Assembly: GCA_039679675.1 (NCBI GenBank) | Contig: JBDKUN010000059.1 | Coordinates: 1 to 64,000, forward strand | Reading direction: 5' to 3' | DNA length: 64,000 nucleotides | Origin: Armatimonadota bacterium | GTDB lineage: Bacteria; Armatimonadota; UBA5829; DTLH01 | Part shown: one piece after another, positions 1-9,153 of the stretch | Position numbering within the stretch: the first letter of the stretch is position 1 | Layout of the letters: each line of letters starts with the position of its first letter | Notes under the pieces: generated by a model | The model's database searches: none | What the model was told of the DNA's origin: nothing | The model's input: only the letters and a program-made list of their open reading frames with translations | Made by a program: the position numbers and the translations under genes

Positions 1-62
1 GTTGTCCGAAATACATATTCAAGATATTGTCGGTCTTCAGTAGCAAGAGGAAAGACATCCAT
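1..62 (-). CDS. 5' fragment of a hypothetical protein running off the window edge (MDVFPLATEDRQYLEYVFRT...)
   Basis: ATG at 62 with GGAGG 10 nt upstream (73-77). Frame is open to position 1. Confidence 0.45.
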   Translation of the reverse strand, partial: MDVFPLATEDRQYLEYVFRT

Positions 63-134
63 CGGAATAGTACCTCCGATATCTCTTTCCCTATGGAAGC
101 CTACTGAAACCAACGGAGGCTACTTAGTAAGCTG

Positions 135-175
135 AAAATAAAAGCGGGAAGCCACAAAGATTTGAGGCTTCCCAC
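135..175 (-). terminator. Rho-independent terminator after rplY
   Basis: GGGAAGCC...GGCTTCCC stem followed by a T-rich tail on the minus strand. Confidence 0.7.
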
Positions 176-201
176 ATTATAAGTTGATTTATATTTCAAT
201 A

Positions 202-831
202 TTACTCAGCAGGAGGAGCAGTCTCTCCCTGCTCTTCAGCTGTTTCTACCTCTGGCTCATCGTGCATATGCGCAGCTTTTACGGTAACTACGATCATGTC
301 CGGCTTCGTGGCAAGCTCAGCGCCTTCAGGAAGCGGAATATCCGATGCTTGGAGATAATGCCCGATCTGTAGATTAGCTACATCAACATCAATTTTTGTG
401 GGAATCTGATCGGCGCGGCTCTTAATTTCCAGTTCATCCATCATCATTTCCATTACGCCGCCATCTCGAGCTCCAGCAGATTCACCTATGATCTCAATCG
501 GAACCGCTGTGGTAACGATATCCGACAGCGAAACACGCTGAAAGTCTATATGAATCAGTTTCCTGTTAATCGGGTTTGTCTGAATGCTCTTGATTACTGC
601 GGTGCCGCCTTCTCCACGTTCAGCCCCTTTGACGCTCAGATCGAAGACGCCGTGGATTCCAGCTTCAGTGCGAAGCACAACAGCAAGATCGGGAAGTGCC
701 ACTTCCAAAGGAAGCGCAGCTTTCCCTTTGCCATGAAGCGCGCCTGGGATCTTGCCGTTCCTTCGTAGTTCCTTTACATGGCTCTTGCTCATGTCTTCCC
801 GTAAACAAACTTGTAATTTTTGCTTTTCCAA
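202..831 (-). CDS. rplY: 50S ribosomal protein L25 / general stress protein Ctc
   Basis: LRRNGKIPGALHG and HIDFQRV motifs, C-terminal beta domain and acidic tail. AGGAGG 7 nt before TTG. Confidence 0.95.
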   Translation of the reverse strand: MEKQKLQVCLREDMSKSHVKELRRNGKIPGALHGKGKAALPLEVALPDLAVVLRTEAGIHGVFDLSVKGAERGEGGTAVIKSIQTNPINRKLIHIDFQRVSLSDIVTTAVPIEIIGESAGARDGGVMEMMMDELEIKSRADQIPTKIDVDVANLQIGHYLQASDIPLPEGAELATKPDMIVVTVKAAHMHDEPEVETAEEQGETAPPAE

Positions 832-1017
832 CTTATAACCTCCTATAGATTTCCGCCTGTTCAGCTGGCAACCAATCGAATGCTGGCTATTGCCGAAAAT
901 CTTCCGGATATCTACTTATATAACTTAATGGCTCAAAGCCGCTAATGACAACAAAGCCAACTATACAAGAGTATATTCCCTGTGGCTCTAATAAGTCAAA
1001 TTGCAGTCGAACATCGT

Positions 1018-1785
1018 TCAGGCTTGAAACAGCTTTTTTGTGTTTACTACCGTCCAAACCCCGTTTTTCTTCACAACAGTATAGCGATAACCTGCACTGG
1101 CACGTACATTCCAGAAATACGACCCTTCCACCTCGGCATTCATGCCATTTTTCCACTTTATGGAATTGATGGTAAGAATAACACCTCTAGCTCCGGTAGT
1201 TTTATCCCTGACGCCTTGCATCGATGTATACTTACTCTGAGACCATTTCTTCACTGGCGGGTGATTGTTTTTGAATCTACTCATAAACTCATCAGAGGGA
1301 TCGGCGTTACCGGTTTCTCCAACGGACAGGAAATAGATTTTATCTTTTGTTTGCTTGATCTGGTAACGGAAAACTGCCTCTTTTATAACGTTTTCCTGTG
1401 CTGATCTGTCATTCGCCTGTGGTGTAGCAACAGACATATCCTTATACAGTTCAAAGAAACGAGGAGATACAGCGGTGAAGGCAATAGAAGGCAGAAGTAT
1501 AAGGACTGCCAGAAATGATAATATTACCCACAATACCCGCCGTGACGGATCTCGGCGGGCTCCCTTTATGGAAAACTTGGCTGCAACTGCCGATGTAATA
1601 ATGGCGATAACACCAAAAACAATGGCTGCCTGCTGATAGCCGCTGGCTGAAGGTGCCTTTGTTCCTGAATCAAGATTTTGAATAATTTCGATCATTGGCC
1701 GGAAAAGCATCCCAATAGCTTGACCGAATACCAAATATGCAAAGACAAGCAATATGATCGTGTTGCGAAGATAAGCCTTACTCAT
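1018..1785 (-). CDS. Hypothetical membrane protein (3 TM plus soluble C-terminal domain)
   Basis: 255-aa ORF with three hydrophobic stretches and a GGGAG RBS. Confidence 0.75.
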   Translation of the reverse strand: MSKAYLRNTIILLVFAYLVFGQAIGMLFRPMIEIIQNLDSGTKAPSASGYQQAAIVFGVIAIITSAVAAKFSIKGARRDPSRRVLWVILSFLAVLILLPSIAFTAVSPRFFELYKDMSVATPQANDRSAQENVIKEAVFRYQIKQTKDKIYFLSVGETGNADPSDEFMSRFKNNHPPVKKWSQSKYTSMQGVRDKTTGARGVILTINSIKWKNGMNAEVEGSYFWNVRASAGYRYTVVKKNGVWTVVNTKKLFQA

Positions 1786-1936
1786 TCCCCACCACTCCCT
1801 GATAAGTTATCAGCCTTTTGATGTTCGAGTATACACAATTGACAGAGATAACGTCAAGAATTTAGCTGTATTAGGAAATGAATGTGGTATACTAATGCAA
1901 ATACAAAGGTCTTTTGCTGTTGTCCTGGAGGTCCGT

Positions 1937-2365
1937 ATGAGGCGCAATTGGTACAATTCCCGAACTATTGATACTCTTATGGTAGATTACGGTAATATCA
2001 TGACTATGCCTGGAATTGCATTCGTTTTAACTGCCGGTTCACTTGCTGTTTTCGCTATAATATTTTTTGTATTCTATCCGATATTTGGAATCATACAGAG
2101 TCTGGAACATAGCATGGGATCTCATTTTCATGTTGAGCCCCCAAACGTTCTTCTAGAAGCTATAGTTATGTTGCTGGCGTTATTATCCGTGATTTTGTCT
2201 ATATGTGGTCTTCGAAAATATGAAAACCCTGACAGGAAAAAGCGTATCGCAATTTATGTTGTGTGTGCACTTTGCCTTTTTGCACTGGTGTTATCCACCA
2301 CAGCAACATTTGCGGGAACTTGGTATCACCAGCTTTACATGAACTATCTTAACACTCGAATGTAG
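1937..2365 (+). CDS. Hypothetical membrane protein (3 TM), start uncertain (1895/1937/2000)
   Basis: Hydrophobic ORF with GGAGGT before ATG 1937. Resembles the N-terminal half of the divergent neighbour. Confidence 0.65.
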   Translation: MRRNWYNSRTIDTLMVDYGNIMTMPGIAFVLTAGSLAVFAIIFFVFYPIFGIIQSLEHSMGSHFHVEPPNVLLEAIVMLLALLSVILSICGLRKYENPDRKKRIAIYVVCALCLFALVLSTTATFAGTWYHQLYMNYLNTRM

Positions 2366-2428
2366 CTTGCAAGACATACCCGCACTACAAGCAATCGCAT
2401 CAACCCACTCACTGCTTACGCACGCTCC

Positions 2429-2454
2429 GTTTATGCAATTGTCCCCAAGGGTAG
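2429..2454 (+). promoter_or_regulatory. SigB-like promoter GTTTAT-N14-GGGTAG
   Basis: Matches the GTTT-N-GGGTA general-stress consensus upstream of the BCAM0308-like gene. Confidence 0.55.
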
Positions 2455-2525
2455 ACTATCCATGCGGATGAGTTATATAACGTTCGCCGGGCTGTAGCTT
2501 TTGCCCGCTGAAAGGATGGCTGAAT

Positions 2526-3044
2526 ATGGGTAATGGCGGAAAGCCGGTCGATGTCAAACGCGCAAGAAGCAACATCGAAAACTATGGAGACCCCTATATC
2601 ACTCCAGCTAGACCAGAAGAGATCAGAATATGCAGCGTCTGCGGTGCAATATTCTCAGGTCAAAGATGGTATCTAAAAAGCCAGGTTGACCCCGATAAAC
2701 TGAAAGGCCAGGAAGTCCATTATACGGTCTGTCCAGCCTGCCACAAGATCAGAGACAGGTCACCGGGCGGAATTGTTCAACTAATGGGTAATTTCTTAAA
2801 TGAACATAAACAAGACATTCTGAACCTAATACGCAAAGAAGGCGAGCGTGCGATGACTATAAATCCGCTCGAACGGATAATAGACATCTACGGTGAAGAC
2901 TCGACTTATGGTGTAACGACAACAAATGAAAAGCTCGCTCAAAAGATTGGAAGAGCGCTTCATAAAGCGTATGATGGGGAAATTATCTACAAATGGTCGG
3001 AAAATAATAAGCTTTTGCGAGTTATATGGCGTCGTGAGCAGTAG
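2526..3044 (+). CDS. BCAM0308-family / NMD3-related zinc-binding protein
   Basis: CxxCGA...W, CPACxKIRDxxPGG, NPLERI, TTNEKLAQKIGRAL and C-terminal RVxWxR. Confidence 0.8.
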   Translation: MGNGGKPVDVKRARSNIENYGDPYITPARPEEIRICSVCGAIFSGQRWYLKSQVDPDKLKGQEVHYTVCPACHKIRDRSPGGIVQLMGNFLNEHKQDILNLIRKEGERAMTINPLERIIDIYGEDSTYGVTTTNEKLAQKIGRALHKAYDGEIIYKWSENNKLLRVIWRREQ

Positions 3045-3050
3045 TGTGAG

Positions 3051-3323
3051 GTGAATACCATGGCAAAGGATAAATCCAACAGGTTTCTGATAGCACTTGG
3101 AGGTTTTGTTGCCGGTACAGTGGCAGGATTTCTGTTTGCGCCTCAAAGCGGCAGGCGGACTCGATCTCTTGTCAGAGACAAGAGCATCAAATATTCGCAT
3201 GACATTGCCGATTTCGCCGGTAAAAAGACACGGCATACCGGCAACAAGTTAAAAGGGTACGCACATGAAGTTAGAGAAGCTGTTTCACATAAAATGAGAC
3301 AGCAAAGGGCTAAAGTGTCGTAG
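3051..3323 (+). CDS. YtxH-like protein
   Basis: GxxAGFLFAPQSGRRTR motif after a Gly-rich hydrophobic segment. Confidence 0.8.
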   Translation: MNTMAKDKSNRFLIALGGFVAGTVAGFLFAPQSGRRTRSLVRDKSIKYSHDIADFAGKKTRHTGNKLKGYAHEVREAVSHKMRQQRAKVS

Positions 3324-3428
3324 TTATCGGGGATGGCGGCCTGGGGCTAGATGTTGGTTTGGATCATAAATACTCATTTCGATGACTCATTTACCTCATG
3401 GCCTTACCATCCCTCACCCCATCCATGG

Positions 3429-3500
3429 CTACTTATAGATTTTCGGCTGATTAATTAACGGCCAATCACATGCTGTTACTTTATCTCCTGAAACTCTGTA
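3429..3500. repeat. Short copy of an intergenic element also at 63454-63621
   Basis: 3434-3459 is identical to 63459-63484 (26 nt) and 3472-3500 is identical to 63593-63621 (29 nt). Confidence 0.9.
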
Positions 3501-3509
3501 GTTAATTCG

Positions 3510-3537
3510 ACAGGATTTCTCCCGATGAATGACGAAT
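3510..3537 (+). promoter_or_regulatory. SigH-like promoter ACAGGATTT-N12-GACGAAT
   Basis: Fits the Bacillus sigma-H-type consensus RNAGGAWWW-N11/12-RNNGAAT. Single instance. Confidence 0.35.
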
Positions 3538-3651
3538 CAATAAACATCAGGCACTAAAAGCCTGCTTGTTTACGTATATTAATCATGGAGTCTGATTTTC
3601 CGTGATTTGAACCGGAATATTCTCGTATCACGAATGGAGGTAATTGGTGCA

Positions 3652-3972
3652 ATGTGGGAGACAGTGAAAAAATCGCTTGCTTTTGGGCTGGGTGCAGCAG
3701 TGCTGACCGCCGACAAGGTTCGTGAATTCGCAGATGAAGCTGTAAACCGTGGAGAGATGAGCTCGGATGAAGCTACGAGTTTTATCGACGACGTAATTAA
3801 GCGCGGGGATGAAGAAAAGCGGAACGTCCAGAACTGGATGCGTGAACAGGCAGGTAAAATCCTGAAAGATGCCGGATGCGCAGAACTAAGCCGCGTTGAA
3901 GCGCTCGAAAGACGGGTCCGTGATCTCGAAGACCAATTGGCAGCAGACCAGATGATAGATAACGAGGAATAG
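3652..3972 (+). CDS. Phasin/PhaF-like (polyhydroxyalkanoate granule-associated-like) coiled-coil protein
   Basis: KKSLAFGLGA...GEMSSDEA and C-terminal LERRVRDLE. GGAGG RBS. Typical partner upstream of ABC1 kinases. Confidence 0.75.
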   Translation: MWETVKKSLAFGLGAAVLTADKVREFADEAVNRGEMSSDEATSFIDDVIKRGDEEKRNVQNWMREQAGKILKDAGCAELSRVEALERRVRDLEDQLAADQMIDNEE

Positions 3973-3976
3973 GCTT

Positions 3977-5632
3977 GTGATTCCTCGTCGAAGGCATTTG
4001 AGCAGGCTTAAAGAAATAGGATCTGTGCTTGCAAGACACGGCTGGGGACATATAGTCACAAAGCTCGGTCTTGCAGGTATGTTTCGGCTTCGCCGGAAAG
4101 GGATTGAACCGGAGGTAACACCAGAGCCTGAGCACCTGGTCTCTATTTTGCAGGAACTTGGGCCGACGTTTGTAAAACTCGGGCAGTTACTCAGCACCAG
4201 ACCTGATATTCTGCCCGAGCCATATATAACCGCGCTCACGAAACTTCAGGATACTGCCAACACGGTCCCGGTCGAGCGGATCAAATCAATCATACAGGAA
4301 GAATTAGGACAACCTGTAGAATCGATATTCGCATATTTTGACGAAATACCGCTTGCTGCTGCGTCGCTCGGCCAGGTACATGCAGCGGAGCTCCATGATG
4401 GGACGCAGGTCATAGTCAAAGTACAACGCCCCGGCATCAGAATGGTCATCGACCGTGACATCGACATCATGTATATGATCTCACAGTTTCTTGAACGCCG
4501 CTGGGAACGCGCCAGAACATATGCCATCACCGAGATTGTCGATGAGTTTGCCATAACGATCCATGAAGAGCTCGATTATACGATAGAAGCGAACAACACG
4601 GAAAAGCTAAGGGCTGTCCTTTCAAGTGAAAAGTATGCCCGTGTTCCTAAGATCATCTGGGATTTTGCTGACAAAAGAGTCTTGACGATGGAACGCATCG
4701 ATGGCATTAAGATCACTGATATAGAACGTCTCAACGCAGCCGGATTCGATACAGTGCAGATTGCTGACAGACTGTCTGCTGTGATGTTCAAACAAATATT
4801 TATTGACGGCTTCTTCCATGCTGACCCCCACCCTGGCAATATTATGGTCACTCCGAACCAGGAAATTGCGCTCATCGATGCCGGACAGGTGCGCCAACTC
4901 GATTTGGAAACCAGGACAGCGATTCTCCGGTTGATGATTGCATTTGAGCACCAGGACACGCATCTGTTTACGGAAGTGATTACAGAGCTTGGTATTGCTA
5001 GAGCTGATGTCGATACACAAGTCCTGGCGCAGGATCTTGAGAAGGTGCTGCGCCAGTTTTATAACATTCCTGTACAAGCTCTGGATATCGGCAAGATCCT
5101 GATAAGAGTTATGGATGTGTCCGCGCGGCATAAGATCCGGCTTCCTGTAGTATTTTCCGTTATTGGTAAGGTGTTGACTAACATAGAAAGCATCAACCGG
5201 CTGCTCAATCCGAATTTCAACTTCACAAAAGCAGTTCGCCCATATATATCAAGAGCGGTAAGAGAGGAACTGAGCCCTGAAGACATATTTACGGAGAGTC
5301 TTCGCTCGCTGATAGACTTGAAGCGGCTCATATTCGGACTGCCGGACCATCTGCATCAACTGCTCGATAAAGCCGTCTCCGGTACCCTAAGGATCGAATT
5401 CAAACACAAAGGGCTGGAGGAGCTCGAATCCAGGATGGACAAGATCACAAACCGGCTGGCATTTGCGCTCATTGTCGGCTCGACGATCATCGGAAGCTCT
5501 ATAATCGTCATATCGAACCGCCAGCCGACCGGAATACTCGGCCTCCCCCTGCTGGGAATTGCAGGATATCTGTTTGCCCTGATTATGGGTATGTGGCTCT
5601 TGCTTTCAATAGTCCGCTCCGGAAAGTTATAA
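3977..5632 (+). CDS. ABC1/UbiB (AarF) family atypical kinase
   Basis: LGPTFVKLGQLLSTRPD, AAASLGQVH, VKVQRPG, FFHADPHPGN and two C-terminal TM helices. Confidence 0.93.
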   Translation: MIPRRRHLSRLKEIGSVLARHGWGHIVTKLGLAGMFRLRRKGIEPEVTPEPEHLVSILQELGPTFVKLGQLLSTRPDILPEPYITALTKLQDTANTVPVERIKSIIQEELGQPVESIFAYFDEIPLAAASLGQVHAAELHDGTQVIVKVQRPGIRMVIDRDIDIMYMISQFLERRWERARTYAITEIVDEFAITIHEELDYTIEANNTEKLRAVLSSEKYARVPKIIWDFADKRVLTMERIDGIKITDIERLNAAGFDTVQIADRLSAVMFKQIFIDGFFHADPHPGNIMVTPNQEIALIDAGQVRQLDLETRTAILRLMIAFEHQDTHLFTEVITELGIARADVDTQVLAQDLEKVLRQFYNIPVQALDIGKILIRVMDVSARHKIRLPVVFSVIGKVLTNIESINRLLNPNFNFTKAVRPYISRAVREELSPEDIFTESLRSLIDLKRLIFGLPDHLHQLLDKAVSGTLRIEFKHKGLEELESRMDKITNRLAFALIVGSTIIGSSIIVISNRQPTGILGLPLLGIAGYLFALIMGMWLLLSIVRSGKL

Positions 5633-5678
5633 TAATACTGCAAACAGCAACCTTTGACTGTGCGTATAATAGACTGAT

Positions 5679-6422
5679 ATGCTTACATCGACATTCATTC
5701 ATGCCCAGGGCGTAGGCCCGGCAACAGAAAAACAGATATGGGATTCCGGTGCATCGGACTGGCGTAAGTTTCTTGATATGCAGGGCGAGATCGGGCTTTC
5801 TGAACGGCAGCTTGCGATTCTATCTCCGGTAGTAGAAGAGTCCATCACCCGCTTTGACGCGGGCGAATACTCATATTTCGCGGAGTGTTTACCGAAGCGG
5901 GAACACTGGCGCGCTTTCGGAGAATTGGGAGAACGTGCAGCGTATCTGGACATCGAGACGACAGGAACCGGCCTGCATGATGAGATTACCGTTGTAGGAA
6001 TATATAACGGTAAGACTACAACATCATTTATCAAGGGGTTCAACCTGGAGGATTTTGCCGATGAACTGAAGAAATATCCTCTGATCGTTACCTATGCCGG
6101 ATCTACATTCGATATCCCTCATCTCATCCATGCATTTCCCGGCACAAAAATAGATCAACTTCATATAGATCTCTGCCCCACCCTCCATCGTCTCGGATAC
6201 AAGGGCGGATTGAAGCATATCGAGCATGTTCTCGGGCTTGAACGGGACGATGAAATAACCGGGCTCAGCGGTTGGGATGCTGTCAGACTCTGGCACGAAT
6301 GGGAATCCGGCAGTCAAGAATCGCTGGACACGCTGATAGAATACAATAGTGCCGATGTAGAAAACCTCAAGACTTTGGCTGAATTCGCTTACACTGAACT
6401 GCGCCGCACCTGCATGGGTTAA
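5679..6422 (+). CDS. YprB-like RNase H-fold (DEDD) exonuclease with N-terminal HhH
   Basis: GVGPATE, YLDIETTG, FDIP, HIDL, GGLK and YNxxDV motifs. Confidence 0.85.
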   Translation: MLTSTFIHAQGVGPATEKQIWDSGASDWRKFLDMQGEIGLSERQLAILSPVVEESITRFDAGEYSYFAECLPKREHWRAFGELGERAAYLDIETTGTGLHDEITVVGIYNGKTTTSFIKGFNLEDFADELKKYPLIVTYAGSTFDIPHLIHAFPGTKIDQLHIDLCPTLHRLGYKGGLKHIEHVLGLERDDEITGLSGWDAVRLWHEWESGSQESLDTLIEYNSADVENLKTLAEFAYTELRRTCMG

Positions 6423-6446
6423 TCCAAACACTTCCTCATTCTATTG

Positions 6447-6539
6447 GTTTCCAACCATCCATACGGGGTAAACTGATTCTGACTGTCTAACATCGGGTCA
6501 ACTCATTGACAATGTTTTAAGATAATGGTCAATGGGTAA
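6447..6539 (+). promoter_or_regulatory. Two tandem SigB-like promoters (GTTTCC-N13-GGGTAA at 6447-6471; GTTTTA-N14-GGGTAA at 6514-6539)
   Basis: Consensus matches upstream of the DUF948-like/YtxH-like pair. Confidence 0.55.
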
Positions 6540-6591
6540 ACGAGCACACGATTGGACATGAAACAATCAACGCAGAGAAGAGCCGGAGGAC

Positions 6592-7002
6592 GTGTGTATG
6601 TCAACAACAGTAGCGCAGACAATCATTGCTATCTGCATGATCGTCCTTACGTTTTCAGCCGTAGTAGTGGCAATAGCACTTACTGCGCTTGCTTTTCGCC
6701 TGCGTGGTTCCGTAGGCACACTGACTAAGAAAGTACAACCACTGATTACTCAAGCCACCGAAACAGCAAAAACCGCAAACAACGTTGCACAAACAATACG
6801 AACCGGCACTCAGGATATTGTGAATAAGGCTGAAGATACAGTTGACAATGTCTCCAAGAGGGTCAAAATGACCTCGAATATCATTCAGGAATCGATCAGC
6901 CCGCCTATTATTACACTCGCAAGCGTAGTGACGGGCGTGCAACGAGGGCTTGAAGTTTTCAGTCAGGTTAGGAAACGAGGGGGAGACGGTCATGCGCGCT
7001 GA
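6592..7002 (+). CDS. DUF948 (YtxG/YoxC)-like protein
   Basis: N-terminal TM, amphipathic coiled coil, GGAGG RBS. Overlaps the downstream YtxH-like gene. Confidence 0.7.
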   Translation: MCMSTTVAQTIIAICMIVLTFSAVVVAIALTALAFRLRGSVGTLTKKVQPLITQATETAKTANNVAQTIRTGTQDIVNKAEDTVDNVSKRVKMTSNIIQESISPPIITLASVVTGVQRGLEVFSQVRKRGGDGHAR

Positions 7003-7285
7003 GAACCGTAATCTGATAATCGGAACGATTATGGGTGTTGTAATTGGCGGTGCAGCGGCAATTATGCTCGCGCCGTCACCTGGCACAGAGACCCGGCAGA
7101 AGCTACGACAGGCCACCGGCAGGACCAGAGAAAAAGCAAAGGGACTGACAGCAAAAGGCCGTGAATATCTTGAATCGAAAAGAGAACAGATCATGGATGC
7201 AATCGAGTCGGGACGTCGTGCCGCAGATGAAAAGCGAGAAGAACTGGAACACCAGGTCCAGAAAAGCAATGCCGGAACAACCTGA
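6992..7285 (+). CDS. YtxH-like protein
   Basis: GVVIGGAAAIMLAPSPGTETRQKL motif. GGAG RBS before ATG 6992. Confidence 0.85.
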   Translation: MRAENRNLIIGTIMGVVIGGAAAIMLAPSPGTETRQKLRQATGRTREKAKGLTAKGREYLESKREQIMDAIESGRRAADEKREELEHQVQKSNAGTT

Positions 7286-7300
7286 ACAGGGGGAACGTAG

Positions 7301-7327
7301 GTTTGTTGCCCGTAAACCGGCGGGTAA
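7301..7327 (+). promoter_or_regulatory. SigB-like promoter GTTTGT-N15-GGGTAA
   Basis: Lies upstream of the KGG/GsiB-like gene. Confidence 0.5.
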
Positions 7328-7422
7328 AAATATTTTGCTATAGTCGTGTCTGTACACAACTCCGTTCCGGGGATTTACCCTCGCGGGATTGATGCAAACG
7401 CGAACTAGGAGGGGGTGACCTC

Positions 7423-7761
7423 ATGGCTGATGATAAACCTGGCCCGGAACGAGGTTCCGAGGGAGCTCGGAAAATCGCTGAGGCCCATCGCGGCTCACAT
7501 GAGCACGATAAAGAAGGTGGATTCGCCGCGAATCCTGAACTGGCAAAAGAAGCAGGCCGGAAAGGCGGCGAAGCCGTTAAGAAGAAATATGGTCCGTCAT
7601 TCTACCGTCAAATCGGTAAGAAGGGCGGTGAAACGGTCAAACAGGAGCGAGGTTCCGAATTCTATGCCGAAATAGGCAGGCGCGGTGGCGAAATGCGAAG
7701 TTCACGCATGAAACAGCGCCGGGAGGAAGAAGCCCAGGAAGAGAAAAAAGGGCAGAAATAG
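7423..7761 (+). CDS. KGG-repeat general stress protein (GsiB/YciG/Em-like)
   Basis: GGFAANPELAKEAGRKGGE, FYRQIGKKGGE and FYAEIGRRGGE repeats. Strong RBS. Confidence 0.92.
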   Translation: MADDKPGPERGSEGARKIAEAHRGSHEHDKEGGFAANPELAKEAGRKGGEAVKKKYGPSFYRQIGKKGGETVKQERGSEFYAEIGRRGGEMRSSRMKQRREEEAQEEKKGQK

Positions 7762-7839
7762 AGAACTCGCTGATAAATAATCGGGCCTGTGTTATTTATA
7801 TGCAGGCGACTATCTATGGCGTAGAAGGTTGAATGCCTC

Positions 7840-9132
7840 CTACGCCTTTACTTTTCGGTGCTGCTCACGCCTCAGCCCTATTAGCTGCATGGTTGCGCCG
7901 ATAAACATGATGCATGCCGCAATCAAAAATGTGTAACGCAGATCCCAATGTTTTCCCGTAAAGATTTCAGCAAGTTTCGCTCCGGCTATTGGCGCAAGAG
8001 TTCCTCTTATACCTATGAGAAAAGAAAAAAGCGCCTGGTAATGAGATGTTCTTTTTTCTTCAGAAAAAGCCAGTATGCTGTTAAAATAGGCGAGCTCTAT
8101 CCCTGCATTTGTTATCCCGGCAATTATATGAGCAGGCAATAGCATCCACCAGTTGGTTGAAATGCAGTATCCTATCGCTACAAATATTGTCAAATAAACA
8201 TTTACTACTGTTGCTCTGAGCGGGCTTCTTCGGTCTACATAGCGTCCCCAATAGAGATATGCAAACATCCAGGCAACGCTTTGCACATTTGTCAGGACCG
8301 CGAGCTGCCAATACTCCATATTAAGTGATTCATTTTGAAATATGGGGTATACCGGCAGGAGCATGATAGTCCCAAACCCAAATACCAGCACAGAAATTGC
8401 AAACCACCCGAAACCCTGGTTATGGAACGGTATAGCGAGCGAAGACCGTATGAATTTAGTTATCGAGCGCTTGTTTTCCAATTCCTGCCGGCTCGGACAG
8501 GCCGTTTTGATCCTGCTGAAAGCAGCCGAAGACAGCACACCAAGGACTGCGGCTACAGGGAATATCCACCTGTAGCTTATGGATTTCAGAAGCACCCCCA
8601 CAATAAGAGTCGAGATTATTGTAGTAAATGCAGTAATCACCCGAACATAGCCCATGATCCGCCCACGGTGCTCATCGGGATATACATCCTTCATGATCGC
8701 CGCGTAGGCTGGGGACGCAATGGTAGAGAAAAACTGCCCTGTGATAACTATCAAGCTAAAGGCGAGCGATGAGGTCGCAAAGAGCATTGCAATGAAAATA
8801 GCGCGCGCAAAATACCACGATCCGACAGCAAACGGCATTTTGGGCTTGCCCTCCATCGCATTTGCCCATAAAAGCGCAAAGCAATTGCCGATGAAGGGTG
8901 CGGCTGTCATCATAGCGAGCAAAAATGGACCTGCATGTAGCTCTTTCTTCGCGATAAGCAGTACGAATGTAAATATGCCGCCTGAATAAACACCAACCAG
9001 GCATCCACCCCAGGCATCGTAATAATATGATCTGCGTGCCTTCACAGGCACCAATTTTTCGAAAATCACCCGTGTTGTATCTCCAGATAAAAGGCCCCAC
9101 ATATATACAAAGTGGAGCCTGGTGAACCTCAC
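7840..9132 (-). CDS. MFS transporter
   Basis: About 12 hydrophobic helices, with YPDEHRGRIMG and WGRYVDRR loop motifs. Confidence 0.88.
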   Translation of the reverse strand: MRFTRLHFVYMWGLLSGDTTRVIFEKLVPVKARRSYYYDAWGGCLVGVYSGGIFTFVLLIAKKELHAGPFLLAMMTAAPFIGNCFALLWANAMEGKPKMPFAVGSWYFARAIFIAMLFATSSLAFSLIVITGQFFSTIASPAYAAIMKDVYPDEHRGRIMGYVRVITAFTTIISTLIVGVLLKSISYRWIFPVAAVLGVLSSAAFSRIKTACPSRQELENKRSITKFIRSSLAIPFHNQGFGWFAISVLVFGFGTIMLLPVYPIFQNESLNMEYWQLAVLTNVQSVAWMFAYLYWGRYVDRRSPLRATVVNVYLTIFVAIGYCISTNWWMLLPAHIIAGITNAGIELAYFNSILAFSEEKRTSHYQALFSFLIGIRGTLAPIAGAKLAEIFTGKHWDLRYTFLIAACIMFIGATMQLIGLRREQHRKVKA

Positions 9133-9153
9133 TACTTGTTAATAGGAAAATAG

